The notes under the pieces were generated by a model, which saw only the letters and a list, made by a program, of their open reading frames with translations, was not told the origin of the DNA and searched no databases. A DNA stretch of 64,000 nt from Pontimonas sp. (lineage in GTDB: Bacteria; Actinomycetota; Actinomycetes; Actinomycetales; Microbacteriaceae). The stretch lies in the NCBI GenBank assembly GCA_049460875.1, contig JBMUEW010000001.1:31943-95942 (forward strand), written 5' to 3'. Below, in pieces: positions 50,327 to 58,044 of the stretch (the stretch's first letter is position 1; each line of letters begins with the position of its first letter). The position numbers and the translations under genes are program-made.

Positions 50327-52069
50327 CTACCAGGTTAGTGGGGGAAGTACCGCCGGCTCGGTTGAGGGGGCGACACGATAGTGCTTGAGCACGTGGGAGA
50401 GAATCTCGTGGAACGCAGGAGCTGCAGCAGTCGAGACCCTCGAGGTTTGGGGCTTATAGAAACTAACCAAGACGACATATTCGGGGTCCTCCGCAGGAGC
50501 CATCCCGGCCAAGGAGATTACGCGGTCATCGCCATACCCCTGTGAGGTCGCAATTTCTGCGGTACCGGTCTTCGCCGCCACACGGTACCCCGGGATTTCC
50601 AATGTGTTGCGCAAAGGACCCTGCGAGACGATGGTCTCCATCATGCGAATGGTCTGCTGAGCGGCGCTGGCAGAGACAACTTGAACGGGCTCCGCCGTGG
50701 GCGCCGCCACAACCTCGCCCTCGCTGGTGCGGCATCCATCGACGAGCCTCAGGGGGACCCGAACACCGTCGTTAGCCAGAGTCTGATACGACGAGGCCAT
50801 CTGCGCTGCAGTAACCGAGATACCTTGGCCAAAGAATTGGTTATACCTTGTCACCACGTCTACCTGGTCAGCGGAGAGAACCTGCCCGGCAGACTCACCC
50901 AAGAACTCCACGCCCGTGACCTCCCCAAATCCGAACTTCTGGAAGTACCGGGTGGCGGCTTCCTTGGGCATACGGTCGGCTAAGACCGATATTCCTGTGT
51001 TGGAGGAGGTGTGGAGCACACCCGCGGTCGTCAGCTGTCGGTCGTCAGCTACAAGGAAGTTTTTGATGAATCGTCCGGGATAGACCTCGTAGAAGCCCGG
51101 TGCCACAATCTTGTCCTCGGCGTAGGTGTATCCCGCATCAATCAACATGGCGATGCCGATGGATTTCATGATGGACCCTGGCTCATAGGGGGAGCTGAAG
51201 GAGCGTGCTCCCATGAACTCGACTGGTGCTTGCGAGAAATCGTTGGGATCGAAGGTGGGCCAGTCCGCAGCGGCCAAAATGTGTCCGTCGTCAACGCGGA
51301 CGACCATGGCCGAGCCATACTGCGCGCCTAGGTTGCTCCCGTGCTCGGCCAGCGTTTGAAGCACGTACCACTGCAGGTCGCTATCAATGGTGAGCGTGAC
51401 ATCGCCTCCGTGAATGGGTTGTTCGACGACCTGCGTCGTTCCGGGGAGACGGATTCCATCGGCACCTCGCTGGTAGGTCGCCGAACCGTTGATGGCCCCC
51501 AGGCATGAGTCATATTTGCGCTCGATGCCTGCGAGAGGTTCGTCACGGCCGAGCATTCCGGTCAAGTTTGCCGTCACCGGACCAAAGGGGTAGGTCCTCT
51601 CGCGCACCAGATCCATCTGGAGCCACGGGTTACGCAGTTCTCGCAACAACTGACGATCTTCGGGGCTTACACCCTTGACCAGGTAGGTGAAATGCGCAGT
51701 TGTGTCCTTATTGACCGCATAGAGCAGTTCGTCGGGGTTGGTCTCAGTGATGGCTGCGATCTCAGCCATCGCTCCGGCCACCGTCACAACCTCGCCATCG
51801 CGCCGGAAATCGCCGACCTTCCGGGGATCAGTGCTGATGTCGTAGCGATCAACATCCCGGGCTAAATCGTTGCCAAAGCTGTCGACGATCGAGCCTCGGG
51901 AGGCCCAGATGACTTCACTCGTGGTTCGAATATCCGCGGATTGTTCCTTCAATTCGTCCGCGCGAACGACCTGCACATCGACCAAGCGAGATACCAGCAA
52001 GCCAGCCATCAGGAAGATGACGACAAGCGCGACTCCCATTCGACGGCTGGATACTCGCTGGTGAGGCAT
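50327..52069 (-). CDS. ftsI: Class B penicillin-binding protein FtsI
   Basis: RGSIVD, R.YP, EPGSIMK (SxxK), SSN and KTGT. Confidence 0.95.
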   Translation of the reverse strand: MPHQRVSSRRMGVALVVIFLMAGLLVSRLVDVQVVRADELKEQSADIRTTSEVIWASRGSIVDSFGNDLARDVDRYDISTDPRKVGDFRRDGEVVTVAGAMAEIAAITETNPDELLYAVNKDTTAHFTYLVKGVSPEDRQLLRELRNPWLQMDLVRERTYPFGPVTANLTGMLGRDEPLAGIERKYDSCLGAINGSATYQRGADGIRLPGTTQVVEQPIHGGDVTLTIDSDLQWYVLQTLAEHGSNLGAQYGSAMVVRVDDGHILAAADWPTFDPNDFSQAPVEFMGARSFSSPYEPGSIMKSIGIAMLIDAGYTYAEDKIVAPGFYEVYPGRFIKNFLVADDRQLTTAGVLHTSSNTGISVLADRMPKEAATRYFQKFGFGEVTGVEFLGESAGQVLSADQVDVVTRYNQFFGQGISVTAAQMASSYQTLANDGVRVPLRLVDGCRTSEGEVVAAPTAEPVQVVSASAAQQTIRMMETIVSQGPLRNTLEIPGYRVAAKTGTAEIATSQGYGDDRVISLAGMAPAEDPEYVVLVSFYKPQTSRVSTAAAPAFHEILSHVLKHYRVAPSTEPAVLPPLTW

Positions 52070-52079
52070 GGAGTTCTCT

Positions 52080-52721
52080 CTAGCGGGTTACCGGCGAGGG
52101 AATGGAACCGCCAAAGCGCGGTGCGGGCGCATCCGAGGCTGGAGCACCAACGGTTGTCGCCGTTGCGTCCTCCAGCGTGAGATCTTCGAGGGCTTGAGCC
52201 GCCAACACATCCTCCGCGTCAGCTTCGAGTGCTGCCTGGTAGGAAATCGTGGTGAACACATCCTCGACAATCGCCGGCGGAGTGATGGTTTCTGTGCCCG
52301 CGGTCGTTGCATAAACCTGCCCTCCAGACGACGCTTCAGCAGGCTGTGCCTCACCGACGATGGCTCCGTCCGAGACACGGATGTAGGCCGGGTTATTGTC
52401 GGGAACCATACCCATGGAGCCCGCAAGTGTTGCGAGAGTGTCGGGCGCGACGAGCGCGCTGATCTCCTCCCCCACAATCTGCTGCTGTTGGTGGCTTCCC
52501 CGGAGGTCAGACTTCAGTGATGCGATTTCATAGGCACCACCGGAGACCGCAATAGAGAGCAAGAGTTGTCCACCTAAAATCGCGAAAATGCCGGCCAGCA
52601 GGACCACGATATATCGGAGCTTCGGAACAGCATTCGTAGCGGTTTTCTGGCGTGTCGAGGGTGCCACCTGGAGCTTCTTTGCTCGAGGAGCGCCCGCTGA
52701 GCTGATCGCTAGAGCGGTCAT
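52080..52721 (-). CDS. ftsL: FtsL-like membrane protein
   Basis: One TM helix plus a short coiled coil, L...A.SMGMVP and an acidic low-complexity tail; lies between rsmH and ftsI. Confidence 0.75.
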   Translation of the reverse strand: MTALAISSAGAPRAKKLQVAPSTRQKTATNAVPKLRYIVVLLAGIFAILGGQLLLSIAVSGGAYEIASLKSDLRGSHQQQQIVGEEISALVAPDTLATLAGSMGMVPDNNPAYIRVSDGAIVGEAQPAEASSGGQVYATTAGTETITPPAIVEDVFTTISYQAALEADAEDVLAAQALEDLTLEDATATTVGAPASDAPAPRFGGSIPSPVTR

Positions 52722-53677
52722 GAGAGTACCTCTTTCACTTTCTCCCCAGCCCGCAAGCGAACTGAGGCACTTCTGGGGTTCACAGCAATTTCTTCAGCGC
52801 TGGCCATTTCTGCGCCTCGGGTGATTTCTCGAAAACTCGGCTGATGCTCGGGCAGCTCGGTCGGCAGGCCGTGCGGTGCCGTCGAAACAGAGAGTTTGCG
52901 AAGCTCTCTCTTCACCAAGCGGTCCTCGCCCGAGTGATAGGACATGATGGCGACGCGTCCACCCACAGCGACTCGAGTGAAGGCCACGGGGAGAGCTCGA
53001 GACAAAGACTCGAGCTCGTGGTTGACCGCCATTCGCAACGCCTGGAATACGCGCTTCGCCGGGTGTCCCTTGTCTTTGAGCGCGTGGGGTGTGGCCTCTT
53101 GGAGAACATCCACGAGGTCACCGGTGCGAACAATCGGTGCTTGGAGTCGGCGTTCGACAATGGCTCGGGCGTATCGCTGGGAGAGTTTCTCGTCACCTAA
53201 ACGGTGGAAGAGATCAGCAAGGTCAGCTTCGGTGAAAGACTGCAGAATGTCCGCTGCACTGGTGTCATCGTGGGGGTTCATCCGCATGTCCAGCGGTGCG
53301 TCGTGGGAGTAGGAAAAGCCCCGTTCAGCCTTGTCGAGGTGGAGCGACGAAACACCCAGGTCAAACAGAATGGCCTGGGGCGCAAGGCCAGGAAGGTAGT
53401 CGTCGAGGGCGCCTCCGAGCTCGTCATAGCGGCATTGGGCAAACATGACTCGGTCTCCAAAGGGAGCCAGGCGCTCGCGTGATTGCTCGAGAGCTTCGGG
53501 ATCTCTGTCGATCCCCAGGACCCTCAGGGCTGGAATGGATGCAAGAAACATCTCGGTGTGGCCACCAAGGCCCAGGGTTGCGTCCACCAAGAGCGGGTTC
53601 TCACCGCCGAGAGAAGGAGACAAGAGCTCGAGTGCTCTAGGAGCGAGGACGGGGATGTGGGAGTAGGTGGCGATCAT
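52718..53677 (-). CDS. rsmH: 16S rRNA m4C1402 methyltransferase
   Basis: HIPVL, DATLGLGGH, DLGVSS, PLDMRM, FQALR and NPRSASVRLR. Confidence 0.97.
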   Translation of the reverse strand: MIATYSHIPVLAPRALELLSPSLGGENPLLVDATLGLGGHTEMFLASIPALRVLGIDRDPEALEQSRERLAPFGDRVMFAQCRYDELGGALDDYLPGLAPQAILFDLGVSSLHLDKAERGFSYSHDAPLDMRMNPHDDTSAADILQSFTEADLADLFHRLGDEKLSQRYARAIVERRLQAPIVRTGDLVDVLQEATPHALKDKGHPAKRVFQALRMAVNHELESLSRALPVAFTRVAVGGRVAIMSYHSGEDRLVKRELRKLSVSTAPHGLPTELPEHQPSFREITRGAEMASAEEIAVNPRSASVRLRAGEKVKEVLS

Positions 53678-53691
53678 GGTCTCTCCGGTGT

Positions 53692-53776
53692 CCCTGGAGT
53701 CAGATTCCCTTCCGTGTGATGACCTGGGACCGGGGAAGGTGACACAGGGCTCACGGAGGGGAGTCAGACTTCAGGG
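53692..53776 (-). ncRNA. mraW RNA motif (actinobacterial cis-regulatory hairpin between mraZ and rsmH)
   Basis: Long minus-strand hairpin CCCTGAAGTC..CTCCCCTCCGTG...CACGGAAGGGAA..GACTCCAGGG with CTTCCCCG in the apical region, in the characteristic position. Confidence 0.75.
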
Positions 53777-54208
53777 CTACAACAGCCCGGGAATCACCTC
53801 CTCTTCGGTATCCGAGAAGGCTTGCTCTCGATCGGTGTAGTACTGATCCCACGCAGTGGTGGACCAAATCTCGGCTCGGTTACCCGCACCAATCACCGTG
53901 AGTTCGCGCTCCAGTCCGGCGTAGTCACGCAGAGCTGGCGGAATGGTGACCCGGTTTTGCTTGTCCGGAATTTCAGAAGAGGCTCCGGAGAGGAACAACC
54001 GCAAGAAGTCACGGCTCGCCTTAGAGGTCAGCGGTGCCTCGCGCAAACGCTCAACATGCTCGTCAAAGTCCTTGGCGGTGAAGACGTAGATACAACGCTC
54101 TTGACCTCGGGTGAGAACTAGACCGTTGGCGAGCTCATCGCGAAACCGAGCAGGGAGGATGACGCGACCTTTGTCGTCGAGCTTGGGGGCGTGAGTACCC
54201 AGGAACAT
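53777..54208 (-). CDS. mraZ: Transcriptional regulator MraZ
   Basis: [18 protein letters not shown] and AEIW. Start placed at ATG 54208. Confidence 0.97.
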   Translation of the reverse strand: MFLGTHAPKLDDKGRVILPARFRDELANGLVLTRGQERCIYVFTAKDFDEHVERLREAPLTSKASRDFLRLFLSGASSEIPDKQNRVTIPPALRDYAGLERELTVIGAGNRAEIWSTTAWDQYYTDREQAFSDTEEEVIPGLL

Positions 54209-54246
54209 GGTGCGCCCCCTTTCTTGTCCGGCCACCAGAAGGTATT

Positions 54247-54282
54247 CCCCACTTTACTCCACTTTGCTCCAATATCAACCAC
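54247..54282 (-). promoter_or_regulatory. MraZ-binding direct repeats
   Basis: Minus strand GTGGTT-N4-TTGGAG-N4-GTGGAG-N4-GTGGGG: four boxes at 10-bp period upstream of mraZ. Confidence 0.85.
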
Positions 54283-54356
54283 ATATGACCATTTTCTTTA
54301 CGAATGCCAGAGCACCAGCTCCACCGCGAAAATCCCCGTCGTTACAGGCCTCGCAA

Positions 54357-54383
54357 CAAAAAACCGGCCCTGTTGGGCCGGTT
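54357..54383 (-). terminator. Intrinsic terminator after the DUF3040 gene
   Basis: Minus strand AACCGGCCC-AACA-GGGCCGGTT followed by TTTT. Confidence 0.8.
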
Positions 54384-54424
54384 GTGTCGAAGGGAGGGAA
54401 GAGGGTTAGTCCTCCACTGCGGGT

Positions 54425-54805
54425 CTAAGGACCTTCGCCGCGCTCTCTGCGCTCCCACCGTTCGTTGAGTCGATCCATGAAAGAAGAGCTAGCTGCCGGG
54501 CTCTTCGCCTTCGGCACGCTGCGACCGGAGGGCGCACCGTCCGTCGAAGAGCCGGGAATGGCGACAGCAACCATGACCCCCGCGAAGAGCACTCCAAAGC
54601 CCAGAACTCCAACCAGGGTGATGTCGAGAGAGACACCCACGACCATGGTCGCAATGCCGACCAGTCCCATCAGTACACCGACCGCAATTGCGGTGTAGTT
54701 GGGAGTCCGGCGAAAGTCGGACGTATTGACGACGTCAGCCTCGTTCTTGTAGAGGTTGCGCTCCATTTCCTCAAGCAAGCGCTGCTCATGCTCAGAAAGT
54801 GGCAT
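54425..54805 (-). CDS. DUF3040 membrane protein
   Basis: MPLSEHEQRLLEEMERNL, two TM helices and FMDRLNERWERR; canonical neighbour of mraZ. Confidence 0.9.
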   Translation of the reverse strand: MPLSEHEQRLLEEMERNLYKNEADVVNTSDFRRTPNYTAIAVGVLMGLVGIATMVVGVSLDITLVGVLGFGVLFAGVMVAVAIPGSSTDGAPSGRSVPKAKSPAASSSFMDRLNERWERRERGEGP

Positions 54806-54875
54806 TGATTCCTCCCCACACACGTGGCTAATAAATACAGAGTGTACGCAGAATTCCTGAGGATAGGCTAGGTGC

Positions 54876-55991
54876 GTGTCACCGCAGATCAAACTGGTCG
54901 ATGTTGTGGACTCCCGCATCCAGTCGTTCCTCGAAGCCCGGTCTGACGACATGGCCACTATCTCCCCCGACTTGGATCACATCCTTGCGTATGCCAACAG
55001 TATGTTGCGCAGCGGAAAGCGATTCAGGGCACGGTTTTGCTACTGGGGATGGCGCTCGATTGAACAACCCGACGCAAGTGATCCACTTGGCGGCATCGAG
55101 ACCCTCGAGGATGCCTCCCCCGTCATCGACCTTGCGACCTCGCTCGAAGTGTTCCATGCCGCAGCGCTCGTCCACGACGACATCATGGACAACTCGGACA
55201 CTCGCAGGGGCCTACCAGCGGCGCATCGGGCATTCGAGCGCATCCACGTCGATCGCTCGTACACAGGCTCCGCCCCCCACTTTGGAACATCGACCGCACT
55301 GCTCTTGGGTGACCTTCTCTTGGCTTGGAGCGATGACCTCCTGGGCGCGGCACTCGCAGAGCAGTCCCCCGATGTTGCCCTCGCCACCAGAGCTCAGTTT
55401 TCGACCATGCGGCAGGAGGTTACCCTCGGGCAATACCTCGATATCCATGAAGAGGCAGCCTGGCTCCATCACGGCCAAGACGAACGACTCGATCGGGCAC
55501 TCCGAGTGGTGACCTACAAGTCAGCGAAGTACAGCATGGAGGCACCCCTTCTCATTGGCGCATCCTTGGCAGGGGCCAAGCCGAATCAGTTGGACGACCT
55601 CTCGGCCTTTGGCCTACCGCTAGGAATCGCCTTCCAACTCCGAGACGATGTCTTGGGGGTGTTTGGAGACTCTGAAATCACGGGAAAGCCCTCTGGAGAT
55701 GATTTGCGCGAAGGAAAGCGGACAGTTTTGATTGCCAGGGCGGAGGCCTCGATGCCCGAGAGTGCCAAAAGGGTGTTCAACGAACTCCTGGGAGATCGAA
55801 GCCTTGACCCCGGACAAATTGAGGTCATGCAGTCAACGCTTCGCGACACGGGCGCCCTCGAAGAGGTGGAGACGAGTATTGAGCACTACGCCAACACGGC
55901 AATGCAGGCCCTCGACACGGCTGACATCACCGAGGGTGCCAGGGCTGAACTGAAGCGACTCGCCGACGCTGTGACCCGGCGAAACTCCTAA
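54876..55991 (+). CDS. idsA: Polyprenyl (geranylgeranyl) diphosphate synthase, IdsA-like
   Basis: GKRFR, HDDIMD...RRG (FARM), GQYLD, KSA.Y and FQLRDD (SARM). Confidence 0.9.
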   Translation: MSPQIKLVDVVDSRIQSFLEARSDDMATISPDLDHILAYANSMLRSGKRFRARFCYWGWRSIEQPDASDPLGGIETLEDASPVIDLATSLEVFHAAALVHDDIMDNSDTRRGLPAAHRAFERIHVDRSYTGSAPHFGTSTALLLGDLLLAWSDDLLGAALAEQSPDVALATRAQFSTMRQEVTLGQYLDIHEEAAWLHHGQDERLDRALRVVTYKSAKYSMEAPLLIGASLAGAKPNQLDDLSAFGLPLGIAFQLRDDVLGVFGDSEITGKPSGDDLREGKRTVLIARAEASMPESAKRVFNELLGDRSLDPGQIEVMQSTLRDTGALEEVETSIEHYANTAMQALDTADITEGARAELKRLADAVTRRNS

Positions 55992-56329
55992 AGCGCGAGG
56001 GCTTGGGCGAGCCGGCGAACCTCGGTCTTGCGCCCTCCTCGAATCGCTTCAATAGGGCTCGTTCCTAGAACCTCGTGGGTGGCTACCAGCCATTCGATAG
56101 CGCTCTCCGAAGAAAAGCCACCATCAATGAGCACGATGGCTGTTCCTTTGAGGTCTGCTACCGGAGCTGGACCTTCCAGAAAAATGTCAGGAATACGGAA
56201 GACACCGTCTTGCTTGAGCCCCAAGAGAGCCCGGTCTTCGACGAGCCGATGAACCTTCCCCGGGGTCAAGGAGAGGCGTTCACACACCTCAGGAATTGTC
56301 AGCCACGTGAATTCAGCGGAACCTGTCAC
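55988..56329 (-). CDS. Rv2175c-family DNA-binding protein
   Basis: WLTIPEV HTH, LKGT..VL.DGG and KTEVRRLAQAL. Confidence 0.88.
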   Translation of the reverse strand: MTGSAEFTWLTIPEVCERLSLTPGKVHRLVEDRALLGLKQDGVFRIPDIFLEGPAPVADLKGTAIVLIDGGFSSESAIEWLVATHEVLGTSPIEAIRGGRKTEVRRLAQALAL

Positions 56330-56523
56330 AGTGTCAAGGGTCCCACGGATGACTGCCGCTACGCCAGCACAGAGAGCCCTCCATTCAGGAAGTCTTATGT
56401 TACGAACACGTTAACTGCTGTAACATCCGCCACAGTGATTGACGCAGGTATCATCCTGTGACAGCGTTGTAGGACGGAGCGTCGCTACGGGCTTCGACGG
56501 CGCGCCACGAAACGATAGAAGAG

Positions 56524-57996
56524 ATGACCCACCAGGACGAAACGCCTGACACCACCGAGGAGACTCTCGAGCACTCGGTGTTTCGAGGGCTGTCCCCGCG
56601 CGTTGAGACCTTCGACACGTGCGAGGGTGGCTCGGGTGCCCTGTCCCGCGGTCTCATGGGGGCCCTCCCCTTCGTCATGTCAGGAACCCTCGCCACGGGT
56701 GCAATCGTGACCCCCGGACTCGTGTCACACACGAAAGCCGACGAGGGTGATGGGGCGGCCGATGTTGCCCACGACCAGCGGCCAGGATTCGGGGAAAGAC
56801 TCTCGGGAGCATTTCTGCCCGTCGCTCACTCGGTCCTCTCCACGGTCCGACCTGACCTGCCCGCGACGTATGTCGTCGCCGAGGGCGACACCATCTCGTC
56901 CATCGCTGACACTTTCGGAATCCCCACACCCGCAATCTTGACCCTCAACGGTCTGAGCTGGAATGCTCTACTCCACCCCGGGCAGGTGCTGAAACTCAGC
57001 GCTGAGCCCACAAAGAAAGCTGCTTCCTCTCCCGCGCGCGTTGCGGGGAACGCCTACCTCGTGCAAAACGGTGAGACACTGAGCACGATTGCCGACCGTT
57101 TAGGAATTTCTACCTCAGCGCTGACCGAAGCGAATGGTCTCGAAGAATCTGCCACGATTTACGCCGGTCAAATGATCCGCATCCCCGGGACCACTGCTCC
57201 GGTTGTCGAGCGAGAAGATGCCTCCGTCATGCCTGCGTTAGCAACAGCGCCCACCATCATCCCGACCTCGGCCGAGTCAACAGACCAGGTGATGTCGAGC
57301 GATCCAGCCCCGGAGAGCGCCGCAGAAGAAACTACGGACGAAGAGGCAGCCTTTGATGCTGCGGACATTGAGATTGCCGAGAAACCGGCACTCATCACCG
57401 TGAAAGTCCCCACCCCTAAAGCTCCCGTCGTCGCAGAAAAGAAGGTCACGCCTGTTGCTGCTCCCGAGCCTGTTAGCGAACCGGAGCCTGAACCCACTCC
57501 TACACCAGCCGAATCTGAACCTGAGGAGAGCGAAGAAGAGGCCGAGCCCACCTCGTCTGTGGGCCAGCCAGTGTCGGGCAGTGTCACACCGTTGAACGAC
57601 GAAAGACGCACCAACGCTCAAATCATTGTGAACGTGGGGCGCGAGATGGGCATTTCGGACTACGGCATTGTCATTGCGTTGGCGACCGCGATGCAGGAGT
57701 CCTCGTTGCGCAACATTAACTGGGGTGACCGTGACTCGGTCGGTCTCTACCAGCAACGACCCTCGTCTGGCTGGGGCACCGTCGAACAGATCATGGATCC
57801 CGTCTACGCGACAAAACTCTTCTTCGGTGGACCCAATAATCCGAACAAAGGCAAGACTCGAGGCCTGCTCGATATCTCGGGGTGGGAGTCGATGCCCCTG
57901 ACCGAAGCAGCCCAACGCGTTCAAATCTCGGCCTACCCCAACGCGTACGCGAAGTGGGAACCCAGCGCCTGGGCTTGGCTCTATGAATTGACCTAA
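56524..57996 (+). CDS. LysM-domain cell-wall protein with a C-terminal lysozyme-like (QES) domain
   Basis: Two LysM repeats (YVVAEGDTISSIA, YLVQNGETLSTIA), an acidic P/E/A linker, and IALATAMQESSLRN...DSVGLYQQRPSSGWG...AAQRVQISAYP. Confidence 0.85.
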   Translation: MTHQDETPDTTEETLEHSVFRGLSPRVETFDTCEGGSGALSRGLMGALPFVMSGTLATGAIVTPGLVSHTKADEGDGAADVAHDQRPGFGERLSGAFLPVAHSVLSTVRPDLPATYVVAEGDTISSIADTFGIPTPAILTLNGLSWNALLHPGQVLKLSAEPTKKAASSPARVAGNAYLVQNGETLSTIADRLGISTSALTEANGLEESATIYAGQMIRIPGTTAPVVEREDASVMPALATAPTIIPTSAESTDQVMSSDPAPESAAEETTDEEAAFDAADIEIAEKPALITVKVPTPKAPVVAEKKVTPVAAPEPVSEPEPEPTPTPAESEPEESEEEAEPTSSVGQPVSGSVTPLNDERRTNAQIIVNVGREMGISDYGIVIALATAMQESSLRNINWGDRDSVGLYQQRPSSGWGTVEQIMDPVYATKLFFGGPNNPNKGKTRGLLDISGWESMPLTEAAQRVQISAYPNAYAKWEPSAWAWLYELT

Positions 57997-58009
57997 TGGA
58001 GTGGCAACC

Positions 58010-58030
58010 GCAGGGCTCGCACAGCCCTGC
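58010..58030 (+). terminator. Hairpin after the LysM gene
   Basis: GCAGGGCT-CGCAC-AGCCCTGC with no U tract. A -10 TACAAT for the kinase gene follows immediately. Confidence 0.45.
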
Positions 58031-58044
58031 GTACAATCCCAAGA

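Noticed and set aside
54247-54282. 10-bp periodic repeat as a novel repeat or mini-CRISPR
   Set aside because: Explained by known MraZ operator boxes.
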